From NCBI GenBank assembly GCA_963575745.1, contig CAUYUJ010000293.1, positions 62,001 to 115,717 of the forward strand: a stretch of 53,717 nucleotides of DNA, in the 5' to 3' direction. Position 1 is the first letter of the stretch; each line of letters opens with the position of its first letter. The position numbers were made by a program, and so were the translations under genes. The DNA is from Prorocentrum cordatum (Eukaryota). The notes beneath the pieces are model-generated. The model saw only the letters and a list, made by a program, of their open reading frames with translations, did no database searches and was not told the origin of the DNA. Positions 36,861-47,287 of the stretch are shown piece after piece.

Positions 36861-39110
36861 TTCCCGGAGAGATCTCTGAGAGCTATAGGGTATTAGATTA
36901 GAAGCCGGACGGTGGTGGTGCCTGCCAGCAGCGCTTCAGAAGCGCTTCAGGAGAGCCCCCCAGAGCTCTTCAGGAAACCTTTCCAGAGTATTCCCGGAGA
37001 GCTCTTTGAGAGCTATAAGGTTTCACAATAGAAGCCGGACGGGGGTGGTGCCTGCCATCAGCTCATCCACGGCGGTCCAGAGTCGTCGCAGAAACTTGTA
37101 AAAGTTCGCAGCGTGTCCTGGAGCGTCTCCGGCACGCGTCCACGCGCGCCTGCACGCGTGGAGGCGTGCCTGGCAGCGCTTCAGAAGCGCGTCAGGAGAG
37201 ATCCTCACAGTTCTTCAGAAAAGCTTTCCAGTGTGAGTGCCTCTTCGCTCTCCAGGTTTTGGGCGCTACCAAGTGCATCTTTGCTGTCCGGGTTGTGGAC
37301 GCTACCAAGTTTTACAAGTAAAACTCTCTGAGAGCTATAGGGTTTTAGATTAGAAGCCGGACGGTGGTGGTGCCTGCCAGCAGCCCATCTTCGCCGGTCC
37401 AGAATCGTCGCAGCGACCTGTGTAAGGTTGCAGCGTTTCCGGGAGCGCCTCCGGCACGCGTCCACGCGTGCCTGCACGCGTGCAGGCGCGCGTGGGAGCG
37501 TGCCTGGCATTGCTTCAGAAGCGCTTCAGGAGAGCTCCCCAGAGCTTTTCAGTTCCGGGGGAGCTCTTTGAGAGCTATAGGGTTTTAGATTAGAAGCCGG
37601 ACGGTGGTGGTGCCTGCCAGCTGCTCCTCCACAGCGGTCCAGAATCGTCGCAGCGACCTGTTTGAGGTCGCAGCGCGTCCGGGAGCGCATCCGGCAGGCG
37701 TCCACGCAAGCCTGCACGCGCGCAGGCACGCGTGGAGGCGTGCCCGGCAGCGCTTCAGAAGCGCTTCAGGGGAGCTCCCCAGAGCTCTTCAGGAAAGCTT
37801 TCGAGTGTGAGTGCCTCTTTCCCCAGATAGCCTCTTGAGCTACATCGGGTTTTTCGAAGAGAAGCCAGCGGGTGCGCGTGCATCGCCGCACTCCCACGCT
37901 CCCCGCTCCACGATCCCCGCGCCGACTTGCCGGGGCCGGCAGCGTGTCCGGGAGCGCTCCAGGTGCGCCGCGCAGCGTGCCCCCACGCGTGCAGGCACGC
38001 GTGGAAGCGTCGTTGTCAGCGCTTGAGGAGCGCTTCAGGAGAGCTTTGCAGCGACCTTCGAGCCCCGCCGCGCGAGGTTTCCAGCGCCACCACGCACGTT
38101 TAACGCATGCGTCCAAAACCCGGAGAGCAAAGAGGCACTCACACTGGAAAGCTTTCCTGGCGAGCCTTGGGAAGCGCTTCTTGAAGCGCTGCCAGGCACG
38201 CTTCCACGCGTGCCTGCACGCGTGCAGGCCCGCGTGGACGCGTGCCGGAAGCGCCCCCGGACCAGCTTCTGGGTCCAGCAAGTCGGCGACGAGTGGAGCG
38301 CCGTGAAGAACCTGCTGACAGGCTCTCAGATTCCCGGAGAGCTCTCTGAGAGCTATAGGGTTTCAGATAAGAAGCCAGACGATGGTGACTGGGAGCCGGC
38401 GGTAAACCGTCAACCAGGTTACCGCCGGGAGCCTCGTGGAGCTCTTGTCTCGCGCAGAGCTGCTCGTAACACGCGGACGAAGTTTTCCACGCGTAAGCGG
38501 AAAAAACAGAAAAATACGTTTTACGTTTTTCATGCAGGGTCGGTTCCCCCAAGTGTTTTGATAGTAATACTGCAGCTACGGACCTGAGAATTTCATTGGC
38601 AGACGCGGCATAACCCACTACAGGTGCGAAAAATACCGGTTTTCAAAACGAATGTTTAAATCTCGCACAATCTTCGCCCAACCGACCCAAAGTTCCCACG
38701 TTGCCCGTCCGGGCCGGGTGGGTCAACTAGCTGTGCCCCGCGCCGGAATTCCTCTAGCTCATCGATGCCGAAGAGCTCTACGAGGTATGCCTGCCAGCAG
38801 CCCATCTTCACCGCTCCAGAATCTTCGCAGCGACTTGTAAAACGTCGCAGCGGATTCGGGGGCGCTTCCGGCACGCGTCCACGCGAGCCTGCACGCGTGC
38901 AGGCGCGCTAGGAAGCGAGACTGGCAGCGCTTCAGAAGCATTTCAGGAGAGCCCCCCAGAGCTCTTCAGTTCATCAGGAAAGCTTTCGAGTGTGAGTGCC
39001 TCTTTGCTCTCCGGGTTTTGTTCCCAGAGAGCTCTCCGAGAGCTAGAGGGGTTTAGATAAGAAGCCGGACGGTGGTGATGCTTGCCAGCAGCCCATCTTC
39101 GCCGCTCCAG
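36861..39110. repeat. Cluster of nested family F modules
   Basis: Repeated TTCCCGGAGAGCTCTCTGAGAGCTATAGGG..AGAAGCCGGACGGTGGTGGTGCC heads and GGACGCTACCAAG tails, with CACGCGTG palindromes. Confidence 0.8.
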
Positions 39111-39112
39111 AA

Positions 39113-40575
39113 TAACTCGTAGAGCTTCCCTTAGCTAGTTGCTGGAAGCTTAAGAGTAATTCCCGCGCGCTGGAGAGCTAGTTGGCAGGACAAATCTCGA
39201 TGGATTTTTTTCTGACTTGCTCGGTTGAAAATCTATGTTTTCGAAATTCAACAATTCGTTTGAGCCCTAGTATTTTTTCCCGTGATATTCGATCTGATTC
39301 CCGCTCGCCGTCTTAATCTCAGTTCGATCGGGTACCTATTACTGCCAAAAAGCGTTGCGGCGGGATCGGCTGTTTCAAGTCATCTTGACAGGTGCTGTCG
39401 GTTCTCTGTACTTAACTCGATCGAGCTGTAGGGAAGCTACAGAGCTGGTACGCACACGTAATCGGTTCAGAATCATCAGGCGCGTTCGTCTGAAGCATCT
39501 ATAGGTCTGAAATCGGTCTGCTACTCGAGCTAGGTGCGCGAAACTATTCGTATTCTTCGAGTTCTCTTGACAGGTGCTGTCGGTTTTCTGTACTTAACTC
39601 GAGCTGTAGGGAAGCTACAGAGCTGGTGCGCACACGTAATCGGTTCAGAATCATCAGGCGCGTTCGTCTGAAGCATCTAGAGCTCTGAACTCGGTCTGCT
39701 ACTGGAGCTAGGTCCGCGAAAGTGTTCGTATTCTTCGAGTCATCTTGACAGGCGCTGTCGGTTTTCTGTACTTAACCCGAGCTGTAGCATAGCTACAGAG
39801 CTGGTGCGCACACGTAATCGATTGAGAATCATGAGGCGCGTTCGGCTGAAGCATCTAGAGCTCTGAACTCAGTCTGCTACTCGAGCTAGGTCCGCAAAGC
39901 TATTCGTATTCGACCGTTTTTTTTTTTTTGTTTTTTTTTCTCTTCTTCTTTCTTTCTTCTTCTTCTTTTTTTCTCTTCTCTCGAAATGATGGTGCATTTC
40001 TCCACTTAACTCGAGCTGCAAATGAGCTTCAGAGCTCTTCGGCACAGAATTCAGAAGAAATCATCAGGCGCGCTAGTCTGAAGTATCTCGCTTGGGTCTG
40101 TTATGAGCGCAGACGCCGAACAACTAATCATACTCTGTTATTTTTCTGGTAATGGAATTGGTTTTCTTTGCTGAACTCGAGGTGCAGATGAGCCTCAGAG
40201 CTCTTAGGCATTGGAATGGGAAAATAATCATCAAGCGCGCTATTTGAAAGTATCTAGACACCTGAGCTCAGTCTGCTATTAGCGCTAGGCCTGAACACCT
40301 ATTCGTACTCTGCTACTTTCTTGGAAATGGTATTGTTTTTCTTGGTTTTACTCGTGCTGCAGATGAGCTACAGAGCTGTTCAGCAGAGCAATGGGAAGGG
40401 AATCGTCAGGGGCGCTAGTGAAATGTATCGAGACGCCTGAGATCAGTCTGCTATCAGCGCTCGGGCTGAAAAATTATTCGTTCTCTGCTAATTCTTTGGA
40501 AATAATTATATGGCAAGGAAGCTCTACTAGTCTCCCGGCGGTAACCAAGGTCGACGGTTTACCGCCGGCGCCCAG
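39113..40575 (+). mobile_element. Complete 1.46-kb Helentron-like element (family C) with internal ~180-bp tandem repeats
   Basis: 5' TAACTCGTAGAGCTTCC; 3' GGAAGCTCTACTAGT + CCGGCGGTAACC..GGTTTACCGCCGG hairpin + CGCCCAG^T. Subrepeats start at ~39378, 39559 and 39738. Confidence 0.75.
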
Positions 40576-42683
40576 TCCCTGCAGGAGCGCTTCCAGCACG
40601 CGTTCACGCGGGCCTGCACGCGTGCAGACACGCGTGGAAGCGTGCCTGGCAGCACTTCAGAAGCGCTTCAGGAGAGCCCCCAGAGCATTTCCGGAAAGTA
40701 CCTCGTAGAGCTCTTCGGCATCGATGAGCTGGAGGAATTCCGGCGCGGGGTGGAGCTAGTTGGCCCACCCGGCCCGGGCGGGCAATGTGATGACCTGGCG
40801 TCGGTTTTTTCAAGATTGAGAGAGATTTGAAAATTCGTTTTGGGAACCACTGTTTTTGTAACGTGAACTGTTAAAAAAAACGTGGAGGAACCGTCTGCGG
40901 TCGGGGTGTACTTCCCAAAGTGAGAATAGTCTCGTGCATTTGACAGGATAGAAGCAAGCTGCGCAACTGTAGTGTTCTCTGCACGTGTAGTAGGTGATTG
41001 CGCGTCGATCTGTTCAACTCTGCGGTCTTTAGCTGATATATCCGTAATAGAAATGCGGAATCAGTGAAATTTTGTTCGAATTATTTTTGAGTTTATATTG
41101 GCTTGATTTCTTCTCGGCATTTCAAGAATATCTTGTGAGTCCAGAGCTCTACAAGGGTCCCGGCGGTAACCTGGTTGACGGTTAACCGCCGGCTTCCAGT
41201 TCTCCGGGTCCTGGAGCGCCTCTTACCTCGTAGAGCTCTTGGGCATCGAGGAGCTAGAGGAATTCCGGCGCGGCGTGCAGCTAGCTAGTAACTCGTAGAG
41301 CTTCCTTCAGCTAGTTGCTGGAAGCTTAAGAGAAATTCCGGCGCGCTTGAGAGCTAGCAAGAAAAATATCGACGGACTTTTTTCCGAGTTTTGCTTGGTT
41401 GAAAATTATGTTCTCGAAATTCAACAATTCGTTTGAGCTCTAGTACTTTTTCCCGTGATATTCGGTCTGATTCCCGCTCGCCGTCTTAATCTCAGCTCGA
41501 TCGGGGACCTATTACTGCCAGAAAGCGTTGCGACGTGGTCGGCTGTTTCAAGTCATCTTGACAGGTGCTGTCGGTTTTCTGTATTTTTCTCGATCTGTAG
41601 GGAAGCTACAGAGCTGGTACGCACACGTAATCGATTCAGAATCATCGGGCGCGTTCGTCTGAAGCATCTAGAGGTCTGAACTCGGTCTGCTACTCGAGCT
41701 AGGTCCGCGAAACTATTCGTATTCTTCGAGTTCTCTTGACAGGTGCTGTCGGTTTTCTGTACTTAACTCGAGCTGTAGGATAGCTACAGAGCTGGTACGC
41801 ACACGTAATCGATTCAGAATCATCAGTCGCGTCCGCCTGAAGCATCCCGAGAACTGAACTCGGTCTGCTACTGGAGCTAGGTCCGCGAAACTATTCGTAT
41901 TCTTCGAGTCATCTTGACAGACGCTGTCGGATTTCTGTACTTAACTCGAGCTGTAGGATAGCGACAGAGCTGGCACGCACACGTAATCGATTCAGAATCA
42001 TCAGGCGCGTTCGGCTGAAGCATCTAGAACTCTGAACTCAGTCTGCTACTCGAGCTAGGTCAGCAAAACTATTCGTATTCGACAGATTTTTTCGAAATGA
42101 CGGTGCATTTCTTAAACTCAGCTGCAGATGAGCTTGAGAGTTCTTCGGCTGAGAAGTCAGAAGAAAATGATCAGGCTCGCTAGTCTGAAGTATCGAGACG
42201 CTTGGCTTGGGTCTGTTATGAGCGCAGACGCCGAACAACTAGTCATACTCTGCTTTTTTTTCTGGTGATGGAATTGGTTTTCTTGACTGAACTCGAGGTG
42301 CAGATGAGCTTCAGAGCTCTTAGGCACAGCAATGGGAAGATAATCGTCATGCGCGCTATTCGAAAGTATCTAGACACCTGAGCTCAGTCTGCTATTAGCG
42401 CTAGGGCTGAACACTTATTCGTACTCTGCTACTCTGCTACTTTCTTGGAAATGGTATTGTTTTCTTGGTTTTACTCGTGCTGCAGATGAGCTACAGAGCT
42501 GTTCAGCACAGCAATGGGAAGGGAATCGTCGGGCGGTAGTGACATGTATCTAGACGCCTGAGATCAGTCTGCTATCAGCGCTCGGGCTGAAAAACTATAG
42601 GTTCTCTACAAATTCTTTGGAGATAATATATTGCAAGGAAGCTCTACGAGTGTCCCGGCGGTAACCAAGGTTACCAAGGTGTC

Positions 42684-42704
42684 CCGTAGCCATTCTGGCT
42701 CAAG
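42684..42704 (+). other. Dinoflagellate spliced leader (DinoSL) exon, retro-inserted
   Basis: CCGTAGCCATTCTGGCTCAAG versus DinoSL (D)CCGTAGCCATTTTGGCTCAAG: 20/21. It is not followed by a GT donor or SL intron, so it is not an SL RNA gene. Confidence 0.92.
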
Positions 42705-43113
42705 AGTTCTACGAGGGTCCCGGCGGTAACTTGGTTGCAGCAGAGTTTACCTCCTGCTCAGCCAGGCCTCACCGCTGGGGTCCCCCTCGTCTCGAGCTGC
42801 ATTGTGCAGTAAGGAGTCTTTGGTTCCTCATACTGTACGCGGTGCTGCAGTGTCTGTTTTGCCTGAGTACCGTACACGTTCATTGATTGTCGGAGTGCGC
42901 ATTGACTGTTCAGTTTGTCGGAGTACCGTACGCTTTCATTGAGTGTCGAAGGCCTGTGCACATTCTTCGTCGTCGGATTACACATTGACGATCCAGATCG
43001 TCGGAGTACCGTTTACATTCATTGAGCTCTACAAGTATCGTACTCAACTGTCCATCTTGTATTGCCTGTGATTTGCCTTCTTCTTGTTGAGCGAATCCAC
43101 GTTTTATATATAT

Positions 43114-44277
43114 ATGGAGTTTGTTTCATCTGAATTGTCAGGCACGGATTTTGTTGCTTCAGATTGGACAGATACGGCGTTGTTTACTTCCGAGTTTCTC
43201 GCTGCTCGTTTGTCTACGCTCGAAGTGTGTGTTAGTGATCTATATTGCCGTGTTCGCCCTTCGTACGGAGGTGAGTCCCGCCTGCATGAGGGAGACCAGC
43301 TGTATGGGCATGGTGACAAAGTTTCTCAATCGAAATTGCGCCGCCTGCGGGCGAAACGTACCAGGTATCGTTTGTGGTCCACGGCTCGGGGGCCAGATTC
43401 GTCGTGCCTTGTTCGCGCGGGTATTTGCGCGCCGAGATATTATCGGAATTTCTTCTCGGACGATGCTGAGGAAGAGGAATGGGTTGAGCACCTTTGTGGA
43501 ACACAGACTGATATGGATGCTGTTGAATTGGCTGGCAACTCTTTGCGTTCGCAGTGTTCCGATTGTGGGGCTCAGACAGATCCCTGGGTTCACATTGCGT
43601 GTGGGACTCAGACTGATCGTTGTGTTCTCTTTGTTGGTGAGGAGGAGAAGGAGGAGTGTCATCGAGTGCGCGTTGATCGGGGTGATGCCTCTCTCAGAAT
43701 GAAGAGATATTGTTTCAAACGAGCGGAGACTATCGAGAGTTCAAAGTTGCGCACTTCAGAATGGCATGCGACCAACGGGAGTGCGGTGGAGAGTACCGCT
43801 GTTTGGAGTTCAGTTGATGCAGTCGGGAGTTCCAGTGCAGTCGGGAGTTCAACAGTTCGGAGTGCAGTAGGAAGTTCCACAGTTCGGAGTTCCGCTGATG
43901 CAGTTGTTGATGCAGTTGGGAGTTTAACAGCTGGGAGTTCTGCAGTTGGGAGTACCGCGGTTTGGAGTTCAGCTGATGCAGTAGGGAGTTCCATGAATGG
44001 GAGTTCTGCAGATCGACCAAGTGAGACACGCTCTGAGTGTCAAGCTGCCAGGGGCTGGGCCCTTGTCGGTGTCGATGTAAGTGCTCTTTGGCGTGAGCTA
44101 CACCGGCTCCCGAGACAGGAGCTTCAACGTAGGATTGAGGCTCTTAATGCATACAGGCTGCAAATGGGAATTGGAAGTTCCGAGGAGGAGGATTCGCAAC
44201 AGGGGGGTCCTCAGAGTTCTACTTCCAGGAGTGCATTGACGCGGAGCGGCAAGAAGCATCGGAAACGGCACAGATGA
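43114..44277 (+). CDS. Hypothetical 387-aa retroposon-borne protein (3x CG[TA]QTD, Ser/Ala/Val/Gly repeats, basic C-terminus)
   Basis: Single long ORF, sense to the SL and A-tail, flanked by UTR-like segments. ATG at 43114. No RT or nuclease motifs recognised. Confidence 0.6.
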   Translation: MEFVSSELSGTDFVASDWTDTALFTSEFLAARLSTLEVCVSDLYCRVRPSYGGESRLHEGDQLYGHGDKVSQSKLRRLRAKRTRYRLWSTARGPDSSCLVRAGICAPRYYRNFFSDDAEEEEWVEHLCGTQTDMDAVELAGNSLRSQCSDCGAQTDPWVHIACGTQTDRCVLFVGEEEKEECHRVRVDRGDASLRMKRYCFKRAETIESSKLRTSEWHATNGSAVESTAVWSSVDAVGSSSAVGSSTVRSAVGSSTVRSSADAVVDAVGSLTAGSSAVGSTAVWSSADAVGSSMNGSSADRPSETRSECQAARGWALVGVDVSALWRELHRLPRQELQRRIEALNAYRLQMGIGSSEEEDSQQGGPQSSTSRSALTRSGKKHRKRHR

Positions 44278-44470
44278 CATATTCATTGCTTGTCGGTGCA
44301 CAGTACACTTTCATTGACTGTCGGAGGATACGTCCGTTGACTGTTGGAGTACGCATTCATTGATTGTCGGAGTACACATTCATTGACTGTTGGAGTATGC
44401 ATTCATTGATTGTTGGAGGTCCATGACTATTGGAACATACACTCATTGATTGATAATTGATAATTCATTG
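44278..44470 (+). repeat. ~22-bp tandem repeats in the 3' UTR of insertion 3
   Basis: ATTCATTGA[CT]TGT[CT]GGAGTA units; related copies in the 5' UTR at ~42878-43030. Confidence 0.8.
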
Positions 44471-44720
44471 CATGGGGTCTTACCTGTGATAATTGTTAAT
44501 TTCATTGCATGAGGTCTAACTTCAACTGCATTGATGCTCTCTCTCGTTGCTCTTCGCTTCATTTGTAGCGGCGACGTGAGGCGTAGTAGATACTTCAAGA
44601 GTATCACGTTTTTCAGGGTACATCCAGCCCACAGGGGATCCCGACCGCCCTTGTAGGGCCCCGTGGTCGGACCGCAAACCGCAAAAAAACCAAGGTTGAC
44701 GGTTTACCGCCGGCGCCCAG

Positions 44721-45123
44721 TACCTTGTGGAGCTCTTCGGCATCGATGAGCTAGAGGAATTCCGGCGCGGGGTGCAGCTAGTTGGCCGACCCGGCCCCGA
44801 CGGACAATGTGTGAACTATCGGCTAGTTGGGCGAATATCGTGAGATATTTGAACATTCGTTTCAAGAACCAGTATTTCTCGCACCTGTAGTGGGTTATGG
44901 CGCGTCTGCCAGTAAAATTCTCAGGTCCGTAGCTGCAGTATTACTATCAAAACATTTGAAGGAACCGACTTTGGTTTAAAAGCCGAAAAACTTGTTGTTT
45001 CGAGTTTTTCAGCTCACGCCTGAGAAAGCGCCCTCCGTGTGTTCCGTACAGCTCCGCGCGAGAGAATGAGTTCTACGAGGCTCCCGGCGGTAACCTGGTT
45101 GACGGTTTACCGCCGGCTCCCAG
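44721..45123 (+). mobile_element. Complete family B element abutting the 3' end of the family C copy
   Basis: TACCTTGTGGAGCTC ... GAGTTCTACGAGG + hairpin + CTCCCAG; 403 bp, like 3127-3529. Confidence 0.7.
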
Positions 45124-46185
45124 ACGGCGCGCCCGGCCCGGGCGGACAATGTGGGAACTTTGGGTCGGTTGGGTGAAGATTGTGAGAGATTTAAAAGTTT
45201 GTTTTGAGAGCGGGTATTTTTTGCATTTGTAGTGGGTTATGCTGCGTCAGCTAGTGAAATTCTCAGGTCCGTAGCTGCAGCATTTCTATTAAAACACTTG
45301 GGAAACCGACGTTTGATGAAACCGAAAAACGTGTTGTTCGAGTTTTTCACTTCACGCTTAAGAAAGCTTCCTCCGTGTGTTACGATCAGCGCCGCGCGAG
45401 GAAAAAGCACTACGAGGCTCCCGGCGGTAACCTGGTTGACGGCTTACTCCCGGCTCCCAGTTGCTCTCTAGGTTTATCTCGTAGAGCTCTTCGGCATCGA
45501 TGAGCTAGAGGAATTCCGGTGCGGGGTGCAGCTAGTTGGCCGATCCGGCACCGACGGACAATGTGGGATTTTTGGGTCGGTTGGACAAACATGCCTCGTA
45601 GAGCTTTTCGGCAAGATGAGCGGAGAGGAATTCGGGCGCAGGGTGGAGCTAGTTGGCAGACCCGACCTAAAGAGACAATGTGGGAACTTTGGGTCGGTTG
45701 GACAAGTATTCTGAGAGATTTGAACATTCGTTTTAAGAGCCGGTATTTTCCTCACCTGTAGTGGGGTATGCCGCGTCTGCTAGTGCAATTCTTAGGTCGG
45801 TAGCTGCAATATTATTATTATTAAAACACTTGCAGGTACCGACTTCGGAAAAAGCTGAAAGTTGTAATTTTCCGAGTGTCTCAGATCACCTTGAGAAAGC
45901 TTCTTCCATGTGTTTCGAGCAGCGCCGCGCGATTAAAGAGCTCTACGAGGTTGCCGGCGGTAACCTGGTTGACGGCTTACCGCCGGCTCCCAGTTGTGAG
46001 AGATTTGAACATTCGTTCTGAGAACCAGTATTTTTTCGCACCTGTGGTGGGTTGTGCCGTGTCTGCCAATGGAATTCTCAGGTCCTTGGCTGCAGTACTA
46101 CTATCCAAACACTTGGCGGAACCGACGTTCGGTGAAAACCCAAAAACGCGTAGAGATGCCGAAGAGCTCTACGAGGTATTTTCAA

Positions 46186-47287
46186 CTGGGCGCCGGCGGT
46201 AAACCGTCAACCTTTCTTACCGCCGGGGGACTCGTAGAGCTTCCTGACGATATATAATGTGGAAAAGAATTTCAGATAACGACTAGTTTTTCAGCCCAAG
46301 CGATTATAGACCTCTCAAGATGACTCTAACTAAACAAACGGACAGTTTCCCAATCGAGCTCGAGTATGAAACCCAGTTCAGACCTCTGAATGCGACAGGC
46401 GTGCGCGTCTGATGTCTGCGGATCGATTCCTGTGATTACCAGCTCTGTAGCCCCCCATACAGCCTGAGTTCAGTGCAGAAAACCGAGGGTATCTCTCAGG
46501 ATGACTCGAATAATACAACAGTTTCGCGGATCTCGTTCGAGCAGCAGACCGAGTTCCGAGCTCTCGGTTCGACGAACGGACGCGCCTGATGTCTCGAAAT
46601 CGATTCCTGTGACCAGCAGCACTGTAGCACTCCCCCAGCACGATTTAAGTACAGAAAACCGAGAGCACTTCTCAAGATGACTCGAACAATACCAATAGGT
46701 TCGCGAACCGAGTTCAGAGCTCTTGATCCACCAGACGAACGCGCCTGATAATTCTCAATCGATTTCTGTGATTATCAGCTCTGTGGTTGCCCTACAGATC
46801 GAGTAGGAACGAAAAAACCGAGAGCGTCTGCTACAATGACTCGAATAATACGAATAGGTTTGCGACCCTAGCTCGGCTAGCAGACCGAGTTCGGACCTCT
46901 GGATTCAACAGGCGAAGGCGCCTGATCATTCTGGATGCATTAGCTGTGCTCATCAGCTCTGTAGGCGTCCTCAAGCTCGAGTTATCTTGAGAAAACCGAC
47001 AGCGCGTATCAAGATGACTCGAAACGGCCGTTCCCGCCTGCCTGCTTTTTGGCCTTCAAAGTTACCCGATCGAGCTGAGATCAAGATGGCGAGCGGGAAT
47101 AACATCGAATATCATGGGAAAAATACTAGAGCTCTAACGAATGGTCAAATTTTGAGAACAAAATTTTCAACCGACCAAAAGTCACCAAAAGGTCCGTCGA
47201 GATTTTTCTTGCCAACTAGCTCTCCAGCTCCCCAGAATTACTCTTAAGCTTCCGGCAATAACTTGCTAAGGGAAGCTCTAGGAGTTA
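46186..47287 (-). mobile_element. Complete ~1.1-kb family C-related element, reverse strand, clean insertion
   Basis: The flanks TTTTCAA and CCGACCAAAAGTC rejoin as in the intact motif at ~47164-47183. Inverted pair ACTCGTAGAGCTTCC / GGAAGCTCTAGGAGT. Paralogues at ~47406-48340 and ~49383-50310. Confidence 0.75.

Larger units (their letters stand above)
42673..44687 (+). mobile_element. Site-specific retroposon insertion 3: SL-headed retrocopy (~2.0 kb)
   Basis: 10-bp TSD AACCAAGGTT (42663-42672, 44688-44697), DinoSL at the 5' end, half of a family B hairpin at 42705-42736, body from 42737, 3' stem-loop CCGACC..GGTCGG and CGCAAACCGCAAAAA tail. Confidence 0.85.
41289..44720 (+). mobile_element. 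Family C element whose 3' hairpin is split by retroposon insertion 3
   Basis: Paralogous to 39113-40575 up to GGTAACCAAGGTT (42672). The hairpin resumes as GACGGTTTACCGCCGGCGCCCAG at 44698-44720. Confidence 0.8.

Noticed and set aside
42684..42740. SL RNA gene
   Set aside because: The leader is followed by target-derived AGTTCTACGAG rather than a GT splice donor and SL intron.
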